DNA of 64,000 nucleotides from a virus: IMG/VR virus record IMGVR_UViG_3300042868_012479, positions 1 to 64,000 of that record; one strand, 5' to 3'. Shown piece by piece: positions 45,101 to 54,289 of this stretch (position 1 is its first letter; each line of letters starts with the position of its first letter). The notes under the pieces were generated by a model. It saw only the letters and a program-made list of their open reading frames with translations, ran no database searches and was not told where the DNA came from. The position numbers and the translations under genes were made by a program.

Positions 45101-48100
45101 CTGTGGCAGCTGCAAGAAGGGCCTGTGCGGCCTTGAGGTCGCTATCCGCCTTGAGCTTTGCAGCAGCAGCGCGAACATATGGGCCAAGCGCCTTAAACGC
45201 GGCGTCTATGTTGGAGGTAAGGCCTGACCAGAATCCGTCGCCAAAGTTTGCGCCGACGCCGGTTCCCTGAACTTTAAGCGCCGCAACATCGATCCCCGCG
45301 TCTGAGAAGGCGTCGTTAAGCTCTGCCTTTGCGCCAGCAAGAGTAATCTTTCCTTCTTCAATCTTCTTTTGCAGGTCTTGGATTCGCTCATCAAGTTTGC
45401 GCTGTCGCTCTGACTGATCGGTCTCAAGCTGCTTGAGCTTCTGTTCGTAGAAATCAACAGTGTCCGTAAACGGCACGCTGGCTTCTCCGGCCGTAATGGC
45501 GGCCTGCATATCGTCAGCCTGCCTCTGGCTCTCACCGTCATAAAGAGTACGAGCCGCGTCGCGTGCGGCAACAGCTCGCTGCAACGGGTCAACAGTGGCA
45601 TCGAACATGGCTGCCGCAGCCTCAGCAGCAGCTTGGCGGTCCTTCTCAAGTGCCTTAAGCTTCTCAACCTCTTCGCGCTGGGCAACGAGCGCCGCATGCT
45701 GCTCTTTAAGGGTTCCAAGGCGAATACTCTCGCCGTTGTAAAGGACGGCAACGTTATCAAGCGCCTTGTTCTTCTCGGTTTCAAGGGCCTTCTTCTCGTC
45801 CTCAAAGACAGCGCGCAGTACGTCTGTGGCGCGAGTCAGGAGGCGGTTGAGTGGCTTCTGGAACCCTTCAGATGCCTTGCTGAGCGCCTCAGCTGCGTTC
45901 TCAGCGATCTCTCCGCTTGAGTCCACGGCGCCCTGGAGCAGCTTCAGCGTGGCTTCGGCCTCGGAAGTGCCAGCCGCACCAGCAATCGCGTCTGTAACCC
46001 GCTTTTTGGTTGCAGCAGTGACTGAACCAAAGATGGTTTGGGCAACGGATTCGATGCTTGATCCCATCGCAGTGAGGCGCAAGATTTCGTTGTCTTCCGC
46101 GCGGGCTATTGCCTTCTGCCCACCGGCGGTACGTCGTGCTGGTGCTGGTCCGTAGACAAGGTCCAGTTCTTTTGCGGTGCGATTTGCGTCGTACTGGCGC
46201 ATTTCCGCCAGGGCCGCAGGCGAAACTGTTCGCATCTTATCAATGCGCATCTTGAGGTACTCAAATCCTTCTCCACCAAAACCACCTTGCGACTGGTTGT
46301 ACTTGAACAAAAGGTCGTCCTGCGACATTGCGGCGACTTCTTCTGGCTTGTACCCGTGGTTGGCAATAAGCACCTGTCGGGCATAATCAAGCATGCCCTT
46401 CTGGACAAGCGGATTGTTAAAATCTTCAGCTGTTGTTGGGTTTGCAGCCATGATACGGTCCGAAACTGACTGGCCGTATTTTTCCGCAAACGTCTTTGCA
46501 TATGCCTCATCCGCAATGACACTTTTCCCGTACGTAGTTTCTGCGGCAAGTTTCTTAAGCTTCTTATCTGCCTCTGAGGCCGCAACCCCAAGACCCACAA
46601 CGGCAATAGTGCCTGCGGCCATAGCGGCGGCAAGGGCCAGATTTACTCCAGGGATGAACATGAACAATGCGATCAACGCCTGCAAGCCCATGGCAAACAG
46701 TCCGAGGTTTGTCATGACCCCGCCAAGCGACTGCAGGAACTCGTTATTCAACATAGTCCCTAGCGCGGTAAATCCAATACCGACACCAAGCAATGACTGA
46801 CCTACAGTGCCAAGGTTTGAGGCAATTGCCTTTGCGGCACTGGAAAGTGCGGTCCTAAAATTTGCAAAGCTGCTGAATGTTGACCTAAGTGCCTGCCCAA
46901 ATCCTCGGACTCCTTCTTTTACCGCAGCCAGCTCTCCGGCCAGTCGCTTTGCCTCTTCGGCGCCAACCTTCTTTTCAAACTCTATTTTCTCTGGGCTATT
47001 CCCCCTAAGAAATGCCAACGTGTCCTTTGCGTCCTTAGTGCTGACCGCTCCGGCACGCTCTTCTGGCGAGATGGCGGTTGGCACGATTACTGGCTTCCCT
47101 GTCTTTGCCGCCTCTTCTCGAGCCAGCATTTGCATGCGCGCAAAATTTGCTTCAGCAAGAGCTGGGCCACCCTGGAATCCAGAGCCTGGGCCGATTGGGG
47201 TCATGCTGTACACTGCCGGACCACGAACTGGGCGCCCGTCTTCGCCATAGATCGGCCTACCATCTGGGCCCCTGAGCTTTTCGCCTTCCATTCGGGTCGC
47301 CTGGTAGCGGGTTTCAAATCGGCGCTCGGTTGCGCCAAACATTGACGCCATTGCCCCGGAGAACCGGAAGTTGCTCATTGCCGCCTTGACCTTATCTGCG
47401 GCGGTGGCGACCTTGAGCATTGATGCTGCGATACCGTCGATCAGTAGGCGCTTTCCGATCCACGCCCCAAAGAATGCGCCAATGAGAGGCGCAAGAGACT
47501 GGAAGGTTCCGCCAAAGGCCGCAAACATCCCAATTAATGTCTCGATAATTGGAAGGATTGACTTGACTGCGGCGAGGAGCATTGCACCAACAACTTCGAG
47601 ACTTGAGGAAATTGCAGTGGTAATTGTTGGAACAATAGAGTCCGCAGTTTGCGACAGGGCTCCCTGGACAGATTCAACGAAGCCAGAAATCGTGTCCTTC
47701 ATGCCAAACAGGTTTTGCTCTGCGGCATTGCCTAGGAACCCTACAAGTGCCGTTCCGCCGATGATCGCCGCAAGCAGCGGGTTGGACGCCATGGCGCCAG
47801 TGAGCACCTTCATCGCTACTCCGGTAGCAACAAGCTTACCAATTACCTGGTTTGATAGAATCTCCCCAACAATTCCCAGCCCCTTGGCGAAGGAGTCAAA
47901 GAATCCAAGTACGGTGCTGCCCGGCCCAGAGAGGTTTTGGGTAAAGCCAGAGATGACGTTTGCGAACGCGTCAACAAATGTCTCGAGTACCTTTGTGGCT
48001 CCTGGCAAGCCGCTTGCAATGCCGTCGGTAATTCCCTTAATCACCTCGCCCATTTGTTCCGCTTGCGCCGTAGCGGCCGGCGTCTGAAGGAACAGAGAGA

Positions 48101-51100
48101 GCTGGTAGGTTTGGTCTCGCACCATTTCGAAGAATGGCTTGAATGCTGTGGCAATAAGGAACTGCGACGTGTCGGCGATGGTCGTCATAGCCCCACGGAA
48201 TGTGCGGGCAAACGCCTTCATTCCCCCGCCGTAACGCTCCTCAAGTCCCTGCAAGATGGCCTGCACTGCAGCTGGTCCACCAATTTTTCCAACCTTAGAC
48301 AGCTGCCGAACTGCGTCAACGGCAGTGCTTGGGTCCAGAAGCTTGTTGTACAGAACCGCATTGGCCTTCTTTAGCGCAGGGTCAGATTCCAGCTGCCGCA
48401 AAAGAGCCTTAGAAAGAATCTCATAGCCCGCGATTCCTGCGTTAGACAGCTGCATCATGTCGTTTTGGTAGACGCGCCCAGCTGAGTTCATCTGGCCAAG
48501 GGCGTACGTTACTCGGCGAAGCTTGTCATCTTCAGCGCCAAGGGCCGCAACTGCGTCTCCGATATTAACAAGTGCGCCACGGAACTCCAGGGGAGCGTCA
48601 GGATTAAACTTGTTTGAGAGCATCTCAAGAATTGGCATTTGGCCCTTGGCTTTTGCCGTAGCCGTATCAATTTCAAAGCCGAACGCCTTCATGCGCAAGG
48701 CAGCTGTTTGCAGATCACCGAATCGGAAGTTTGTTACGTTTGCAAACTTGACAAGGGTCTCGATAGTTTCATTTGTTTTCATCCTTGCCTGGTCCATGGT
48801 CATTCCGGAGTTCTTAAACAGTGTTGTAAACCCTACGGCTGCAGCTTCAAGATCTGCGTTAAACTTGATAATGCCGCCACGGAAATGATCAAATACCTGG
48901 ATGATGGTCATAGTAATTTGTCGACCAAATGCAAGGGCCGTTGCGAACTTCAATGTGTTGATAGTCGAGAACATCATGCCGGTTCCGGTCGCCGTGACAG
49001 CTTTTGCAAGCTGGCCGAACTGAACGTGCCCGTCTCGAACAATCATGTTTAGCCGGCTGTTTGCGGATGCTGCAGCCTGAGCCTGGAGCTGCTGCTCAAC
49101 AAACGCCTGCTTTGCGAAATGCTTCCTTCCATCCTGGGAGAACTGGCCTTCCTGGTAGTTTGCGTACGCGCTCTGATATTGCGGAATGATGCTGCCGACC
49201 GTAGCCTGGTATGCAGCATTGAGACGATTGCCAAACTGGGTGCGGCGCTGCTGGCTTAGCTGTTCAGGAGTGTATTTCTCGCTAAGGGTTTCCCCGCTTG
49301 CCGATGTGACTCGCTCAGATGGGGCGCCAAGGCCGCCATACCGTGGGATACCGTGTCCGGCGGTAAACTTGATGAACTGCGAAACCTGCGCGCCATTAGT
49401 CGCCCACCAGTTACGGAAGTCATCAAATGGTCCACCGCCAATGGTGTATCCGCCGCCAGATCCGCCACCAGATCCGCCGCCACCGCTACCTGGCCTCCGG
49501 GCATTGCCACCGCCGCCGCTTCCGCCGCCGCCTGTTGGTACAAGCGCACCGCCACCAACAGAACCACCAGCCCCATCGCCCGGCCCCAGTTGTAGTGGGG
49601 CTCCTGAAGCGATTGTGACTGGTGGCAATTGCGGCGCTCGTGAGGATGGCGGCAATACATTTGAAACGCTTGGTGGCGCATTAGCCTGGGTCTGGCCGCC
49701 AGCGACTTGTGCTCGGGCTACCTCTGAGGATGTTCCGAAAGCGCTTACAGCCTTAGATGCTTTCTCAAAATCGCTTACCAATCCAAGCAGCGAAGCGCGC
49801 AAGTCATCACCTGGCTTTCCGCTAAGCGCCTCCATTACCTTAATCTTTCCCGTGGCCGCACTGGTAATGTCGTGAATTGACTGCAGCATCTCAAGGGGTG
49901 CGATTGCGATAAACGTGCGCATTTGTTCTGCAAGTTGAGGGCTCTGTGCGTTGGCATACGGGAGCATTCGCCCGGTTCCGACCATGCGGCTAAGAGCGTC
50001 CTCGAGCAGCCCGATAGTCTGCCCTCCAAGACCAGGTGCAGTTCGATTAGCGGTAGGAAGGTTGGCGTAACCAGTGTATAGCTTAGATGCGGCCTCAAGC
50101 GCATACGTTGCGCGACCAGCCATCGGGGCGGTAAGCCCGGCAAATTGTATAACTGCATCTTTGAATAGCGAGAATGCGGCTGGCTGCCCGCCAGTGGCAA
50201 AAGCCCTAGCAATTTGAGCGCCAGTATCCATGATGAATTTTGCAACTTCTTCTGCGCGCGCAAACGCAGCTGGGCCAAGAGCTGCCTGTGCCCCTTCCAC
50301 ATACATTTTTTGCTGAGCGTGCATTTTCATGGCGCCAGCATCTTGGGCTTGGGCCATAATGTAGTCTTCTGGAGCCGCTGCGGCCTTGCCGGTTATAAAT
50401 TTCTTCGAGGCAACAAAAGGCATCATCCCTAGAAGTTTTTCAATTGCCATCGGCATTAACATCTTTTCTCGTTCTGCCATCTGAAATTGCAGTTGTATAA
50501 ATCGAGGGTCGGCTTCTACCCCTTTTGGAACACCGCTTGCCCCGTAGTATCCAGCCCTATCACCAAACTTAGCTCGCATAGAAGTATGCGAGATCTCGTG
50601 AATCAACGTGGTCATTAAAGAGGTAGCTGTTGCACCCTTTAGGTTGTTCAGTGACAGCGTTGTGAGGCCCTGATCCCCCATCGGACCGCTGCCGGCAGCC
50701 ACGATTGCTCCCGCTTCTCCGCTTTGTTGCCTAGCTCCTCGAAGCTCTACGCCAATAAGGCCAGCTTGCCTCCGGCGGAAGCGCATTTTTTCAAATGTTT
50801 GCTGAATGTCGCTGATGGTAAAGCGGCCATTCTTTGCAGGGACGTTTGCTTCTTGGAACGGATTAAATGTCTGAGACGGGCTGTAAAGGTATTCCTCAAG
50901 CATTGGCCTCATTGCCGCAAATAGGGCATCGCCACGTTGCTGCGTCATCCCGGTGACGCCGACGGCGGTGTGCTTGAACTTGTCGGGAACGTTATACGCA
51001 AGCGTCTTTGGGTCAAACTTCCCCTCAAAAGGCAACGAACCAAATGGGCCCAATTCGGCAGGTCCTCCAGGAGCAATCTGTGCAGATGCCGCTCGGCGTG

Positions 51101-53666
51101 TTTTAGCCGCAAATTCTTCTAGAACTCCGCGAGATCCAAGCAGTTCATAATTTGCCTTAAGGATTTTGCCAATTTTTCGCATTGACTCTCTCATCTCAGC
51201 CATAACTTTGTCTATTGGCATCCCTGTGCGCAAAGAATTCAAGTAGTACTCTGGAAGTCCCGCATCCCCGACGCTGGCCCCAGCCTTAAGGGCGCGCGAA
51301 GCATTCGCTAGGGCCCGCACATAGTCTCGGTATCTTTCCATCCCGGCCATAAGCGCCTTGTTGAACTCCGCCTGGGCCTCTGCGGTAGCCTGGAGGTAGT
51401 CGTAGTTTGGGGCTGTTCCAATAAGCCGTGGGTTGATGCCAAACGTGCGAAGATCTTCCCCTCGCGCGCGCAATAGTGCGTCCTCTTTTGTAAATGGCGA
51501 ACCGTTAGTTGGGGTTGGTGGTGGCGGGGCCGCCGGCGGAGCTGCCGGTCGCGCCGCTGGAACTGCAGCTGCCAATTGCGCTGCCTGCTGCTCTGCAATC
51601 TTGGTAAGCGTGCTAGAAACTGCATCGTTAAGCATCTGGGCCAACTGCGCAGCAGGAACAGCCCTTGCGCCTGGGTTTGTTTTTTTAATTTCTGCAAGGG
51701 CAGCTGCAATGTTCTGTTGGTACTTTGTAGCGGCATCCATTCCGGCCGCAATCATCTGATTAAAGTTTCCAGAAATCTGCGTTGGGTCTGGGAACATTGT
51801 TGGGCGCATCTCATCGCGGACTCGAGCAGCATACTGAGACACGGCGGTCATGAATGCCCCAAAGTTCTTTTCGCCGCTAACAAGCATTCCTTGGGCCAAG
51901 GCAATAGAGCGGTTATCCGGCCTCAGCTCCTGGAATGCTTGTGATCCAAGCGCTCCCTCAATCTGCTGAAGCGCCATTGCTGGATTTCCGCGCGAAGCCT
52001 CCATCCCTCTTGAATCATAGATCTTGCGCACATCTCCAAGAATGGCCATTGCTTTCCCAAGCGTGCCGTGCAGCGGGTCAAGTTCAGGGCTAATAGCGCC
52101 GGACTCAATTCTAGCCCGGACCCCAAGCTGGGCCCCTACGGAGTCTCGCAAAGCTGCGGACATGCCTGCGCTAAGCGAACCTTTGGCGCCCTTGCTTTCA
52201 AACACCGAAGAGATAAGGCGCTGAGTATCGGCATCTCCACCATAGGCTCGGGCAAAAAGGGTGCGCTCAAGAAGCTTTGCAAATTCTGGAGATTCTGCCC
52301 CGGCGGGGGTCATATAAGACTTTTCAAATCTGTTCTTGCCGATAATGCTTGCCACTTCAGCTTTAAACGCCGCAATGGGGTCACTTTGCCCTGAAATCAG
52401 CTTAGCGGCGCTCCCGGTCCCGAGGTTGGGCGAACGCCCAAGAAGTCGAGCAACTGCGCTAGCCTCTTCCGACGCGGTTAGTCCGGTGCGGTTATTCAGC
52501 TGCAGGGCCATTCGGCCTACGCCAAGATCCCCACCAAGCCCCTCATAGTTACCAGCAATCTGGCGGAGCAGCACAGGCGTCTTGCCGGAGCCAAGCAATG
52601 CGGCCATCTGCTTCATTATTTCTGAGGTGTCGCCGCCAAATAGCTGCGGGTTTGATTTAATAAAGTCTGCTTGCTCCTTAAAGAACCGAGCACGTACCTC
52701 TTTAATTTGCGCAACCTGCGCTGATGAGGAGCCTGCTGCTGGCATTGTTGCTCCGCGCATAGCCATGACGCGACCGTTTCCAGAGATTACGGCCATCCGG
52801 CCGTCAGGCAATGCAACAGTTACCGGCGTACCCTCCTCAAGGTGCGGGAAGTCTCGCAGGATTTTAGACGGGTCAAAGTTCTTGATCATGCCCTGGACTT
52901 GACGGTCTGACATTGCGCTGGCGCGATTTCGCGGCTGGAGCGCAGCTGGGTAGCTTGGCTGGTTGGAAGAAAGGATTTCTTCTAGGGTTCCGGCAATATA
53001 CCGAGCCATAATTTGACCGGAGCCACTCGGATGCTCAAAGGGGCGCAGGCTTGGCTCAGCCCCAAAGAACCCTTGGTTCTGCTCTCTAACGCGCACACTC
53101 TGCGGGTAGGGAGACCCAGATGGCATGTGGTAGCTACGGCTACCGGCAGTATCGCGCAGCTGTGTGAGGTACGCGCGCTCTTGTCGAAGTCGCTCAGCGC
53201 TGTCTCGGGCCATTGCGACTGCGGACCGTGAGTCCTCTAGGCGTGCTTGCCTGGCTGCCTTGCGGGCTTCTTCTTGCACCTTGAGCTGGGCAACCTGTGC
53301 CTGCGTCTCTGCGCGAACGGCAGACATACGCTGCTGGCTTGCTGCGGTAAATGCAGCTACGGAACTTGCCTGTAATTCATTTTGCTTTACAAGAGAGGTG
53401 TTAATAAGGCGAACTTGTCGATCCATGGCGCGAAGCGCAGGGATAGTAGTTCGTTGGATATCACGGGCAATCTGAAGCGGGGCCGATTGGCCACCTGGGC
53501 CAAGAAGGCTTGAACCAATGCTTGACCCCGTTGAGCCGAGTTTACGGAGTCCGGAAAGGAGGCTCTCAATGTCGGCAAGGGTTCGCTGGACGCCAGAACG
53601 GAAAGCCGTAGAGTCAAGCGATAGCCCAACCCTTGCGACATTTCCGCCCTGCTGTTCCTCTGCCAC
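42192..53666 (-). CDS. Giant tape measure protein with ddrB-like ParB and two HExxH peptidase modules
   Basis: Position after chaperone; tape-measure core FANVTNF...IGDAVAALG...ALGQMNSAGRV; VGERGPE x2; SGNGR; HEISH; HEIGH. Confidence 0.92.
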   Translation of the reverse strand: MAEEQQGGNVARVGLSLDSTAFRSGVQRTLADIESLLSGLRKLGSTGSSIGSSLLGPGGQSAPLQIARDIQRTTIPALRAMDRQVRLINTSLVKQNELQASSVAAFTAASQQRMSAVRAETQAQVAQLKVQEEARKAARQARLEDSRSAVAMARDSAERLRQERAYLTQLRDTAGSRSYHMPSGSPYPQSVRVREQNQGFFGAEPSLRPFEHPSGSGQIMARYIAGTLEEILSSNQPSYPAALQPRNRASAMSDRQVQGMIKNFDPSKILRDFPHLEEGTPVTVALPDGRMAVISGNGRVMAMRGATMPAAGSSSAQVAQIKEVRARFFKEQADFIKSNPQLFGGDTSEIMKQMAALLGSGKTPVLLRQIAGNYEGLGGDLGVGRMALQLNNRTGLTASEEASAVARLLGRSPNLGTGSAAKLISGQSDPIAAFKAEVASIIGKNRFEKSYMTPAGAESPEFAKLLERTLFARAYGGDADTQRLISSVFESKGAKGSLSAGMSAALRDSVGAQLGVRARIESGAISPELDPLHGTLGKAMAILGDVRKIYDSRGMEASRGNPAMALQQIEGALGSQAFQELRPDNRSIALAQGMLVSGEKNFGAFMTAVSQYAARVRDEMRPTMFPDPTQISGNFNQMIAAGMDAATKYQQNIAAALAEIKKTNPGARAVPAAQLAQMLNDAVSSTLTKIAEQQAAQLAAAVPAARPAAPPAAPPPPTPTNGSPFTKEDALLRARGEDLRTFGINPRLIGTAPNYDYLQATAEAQAEFNKALMAGMERYRDYVRALANASRALKAGASVGDAGLPEYYLNSLRTGMPIDKVMAEMRESMRKIGKILKANYELLGSRGVLEEFAAKTRRAASAQIAPGGPAELGPFGSLPFEGKFDPKTLAYNVPDKFKHTAVGVTGMTQQRGDALFAAMRPMLEEYLYSPSQTFNPFQEANVPAKNGRFTISDIQQTFEKMRFRRRQAGLIGVELRGARQQSGEAGAIVAAGSGPMGDQGLTTLSLNNLKGATATSLMTTLIHEISHTSMRAKFGDRAGYYGASGVPKGVEADPRFIQLQFQMAEREKMLMPMAIEKLLGMMPFVASKKFITGKAAAAPEDYIMAQAQDAGAMKMHAQQKMYVEGAQAALGPAAFARAEEVAKFIMDTGAQIARAFATGGQPAAFSLFKDAVIQFAGLTAPMAGRATYALEAASKLYTGYANLPTANRTAPGLGGQTIGLLEDALSRMVGTGRMLPYANAQSPQLAEQMRTFIAIAPLEMLQSIHDITSAATGKIKVMEALSGKPGDDLRASLLGLVSDFEKASKAVSAFGTSSEVARAQVAGGQTQANAPPSVSNVLPPSSRAPQLPPVTIASGAPLQLGPGDGAGGSVGGGALVPTGGGGSGGGGNARRPGSGGGGSGGGSGGGYTIGGGPFDDFRNWWATNGAQVSQFIKFTAGHGIPRYGGLGAPSERVTSASGETLSEKYTPEQLSQQRRTQFGNRLNAAYQATVGSIIPQYQSAYANYQEGQFSQDGRKHFAKQAFVEQQLQAQAAASANSRLNMIVRDGHVQFGQLAKAVTATGTGMMFSTINTLKFATALAFGRQITMTIIQVFDHFRGGIIKFNADLEAAAVGFTTLFKNSGMTMDQARMKTNETIETLVKFANVTNFRFGDLQTAALRMKAFGFEIDTATAKAKGQMPILEMLSNKFNPDAPLEFRGALVNIGDAVAALGAEDDKLRRVTYALGQMNSAGRVYQNDMMQLSNAGIAGYEILSKALLRQLESDPALKKANAVLYNKLLDPSTAVDAVRQLSKVGKIGGPAAVQAILQGLEERYGGGMKAFARTFRGAMTTIADTSQFLIATAFKPFFEMVRDQTYQLSLFLQTPAATAQAEQMGEVIKGITDGIASGLPGATKVLETFVDAFANVISGFTQNLSGPGSTVLGFFDSFAKGLGIVGEILSNQVIGKLVATGVAMKVLTGAMASNPLLAAIIGGTALVGFLGNAAEQNLFGMKDTISGFVESVQGALSQTADSIVPTITTAISSSLEVVGAMLLAAVKSILPIIETLIGMFAAFGGTFQSLAPLIGAFFGAWIGKRLLIDGIAASMLKVATAADKVKAAMSNFRFSGAMASMFGATERRFETRYQATRMEGEKLRGPDGRPIYGEDGRPVRGPAVYSMTPIGPGSGFQGGPALAEANFARMQMLAREEAAKTGKPVIVPTAISPEERAGAVSTKDAKDTLAFLRGNSPEKIEFEKKVGAEEAKRLAGELAAVKEGVRGFGQALRSTFSSFANFRTALSSAAKAIASNLGTVGQSLLGVGIGFTALGTMLNNEFLQSLGGVMTNLGLFAMGLQALIALFMFIPGVNLALAAAMAAGTIAVVGLGVAASEADKKLKKLAAETTYGKSVIADEAYAKTFAEKYGQSVSDRIMAANPTTAEDFNNPLVQKGMLDYARQVLIANHGYKPEEVAAMSQDDLLFKYNQSQGGFGGEGFEYLKMRIDKMRTVSPAALAEMRQYDANRTAKELDLVYGPAPARRTAGGQKAIARAEDNEILRLTAMGSSIESVAQTIFGSVTAATKKRVTDAIAGAAGTSEAEATLKLLQGAVDSSGEIAENAAEALSKASEGFQKPLNRLLTRATDVLRAVFEDEKKALETEKNKALDNVAVLYNGESIRLGTLKEQHAALVAQREEVEKLKALEKDRQAAAEAAAAMFDATVDPLQRAVAARDAARTLYDGESQRQADDMQAAITAGEASVPFTDTVDFYEQKLKQLETDQSERQRKLDERIQDLQKKIEEGKITLAGAKAELNDAFSDAGIDVAALKVQGTGVGANFGDGFWSGLTSNIDAAFKALGPYVRAAAAKLKADSDLKAAQALLAAATEPKQTYVPTQRVEDAITGKLASLRVKQQQIQAKLVELETDPAAKKKYGPAVSAAGVLARMEIQRLEAQLKGLVGPEQNSLLLSGLDTNVDAILYQIAALLTNITLPNANKAAGGSIVPGGKYMVGERGPEMLSVGGSGQLDIVPNHMLPTYLKSSAGALMAGKTGRMRGFAAGTPGASRVRMDDSDRVNPWAERDRRWAATWPTYFPEFNIALAPYNRDYFEIPLVSDAIGLAKSWFVNAGHPLKEKIASLRLDDRIKLPQSYLAEYARKTALLPDQKDRSENEQYLEWAKQFQNMDMVADVERSNALHAANLRMGTTSARDRASESAIMDHGLTVIDILRGLVFDTDVVDKAMRFTRSRRASHQNWLAYPPHPKNFDKYWAKDGSYGGHSIGGYSRIWDEVAVNSYTDRLNRMQEIKEMIRSYTNPGTGKGNNKKARPGSGPIMGGFADGTGTDYSWLEDGGTRQPAKMTQQGKLLDFLNLELPLRKTPVASTMYEFPWGKIKVDDGVRLPFSVPEIDELVRNVLKIAPEDFKPNFVIDFLNDEKYTLGWGVAGNAYTRQFGPDQIAMATRPVRKGSEARLQSLDPLFRSEKLNDAKSGMMETLVHEIGHIVDMRNPRNRPGTKGNMLGNMLGSAGKVIRAAGSFNFLKSATSSYNTFPHETYAEAFVRFARQNGVLPNTRLDNLDQEAVNPKKAQKLVDNLAAAEGWRVPGAPASLPKANSKLKSMDLKFGASKKAQGIAGIVADIATMWATGNLNIATLGSSVFMNLLTMLPGIGGSLAKFAGIAATLLGGGSVDRTMVGMLGSGVGEFLGGLLPIPFVGGWVGSLIGGFIGDWIYTNMMQNKFQKQTQGFVMAGGKGIFNVDKKLYQNVTGARALGGSVFPGNAYLVGERGPEIMVPSNLGSIVPNHKLRGPGSMSIGGGSGTISASVVINNPQLNSAADIDRLAEKVAAAQTRSLRAMGYARPR

Positions 53667-53679
53667 GTTTTACCCCCAC

Positions 53680-53919
53680 TCAATTCGCTCCGGGCCGTCC
53701 AAATATTTGGATCATTTGCTCGAGAGACCCGACATTTTTGTTGCCGTCTTTTGCTTCGGCAAACTTCGCACGGTTCTTTGATGGGGATGAGCCTGAAGAT
53801 TCGCCCTTCATTTCTGCGTCACGTTGTTCAGCATACTTGGCGAATGCGTTCAGTTGAGGAAGAGTAAGCTCCATGAATTGGGCTGGGGTATACCCGAATG
53901 CATCGGCATACGATGCCAT
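53680..53919 (-). CDS. Tail assembly chaperone, frameshifted C-terminal extension
   Basis: Open -1 frame from GGGAAAA into MASYADAFGYTPAQFMELTLPQL. Confidence 0.85.
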   Translation of the reverse strand: MASYADAFGYTPAQFMELTLPQLNAFAKYAEQRDAEMKGESSGSSPSKNRAKFAEAKDGNKNVGSLEQMIQIFGRPGAN

Positions 53920-53948
53920 GATGCTTCCCCAGTCAATGTCAGACCAGC

Positions 53949-54242
53949 TTACGCCTCCGGAGCTTTTCCCTCGCTGATACCTTCCTCATCGTTGCCGATC
54001 AGGCCGCTGGAGCGAAGAACCTTGTCGATTTCGTCGCGCATGGTGTCAAGAGAAAACTTGTCGCCAACCGCGCGCTCATCGTAAGTCTTGTCATCCTTGC
54101 GGAGTACAAGCCACAAGATGTAGCGAAGTACAGTAAACTTGGTAAGGTCGACCTTGTCAAGGCCACCAAACTTCTCCTCGATGTCGGCGAGGTCATTAAG
54201 GGTAAGCACGCGCTTAGCACGCACCTGGTTAAGGTCTGCCAT
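53949..54242 (-). CDS. Tail assembly chaperone
   Basis: Between tail tube and TMP; slippery site near 3' end. Confidence 0.85.
   Translation of the reverse strand: MADLNQVRAKRVLTLNDLADIEEKFGGLDKVDLTKFTVLRYILWLVLRKDDKTYDERAVGDKFSLDTMRDEIDKVLRSSGLIGNDEEGISEGKAPEA
53964..53970 (-). other. Programmed -1 frameshift site G GGA AAA
   Basis: GAG GGA AAA GCT shifts to GGG AAA AGC TCC GGA GGC GTA AGC TGG...ATC ATG GCA with no stop. Confidence 0.88.
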
Positions 54243-54289
54243 GTGAACTCCTTATTCCCCGCGATGGGGAGTTTGCCAGCTAGCAGCGA

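Noticed and set aside
34196-53857. Numerous plus-strand ORFs in the track opposite the tail and TMP genes
   Set aside because: Antisense shadows of long genes, with no RBS or recognisable motifs
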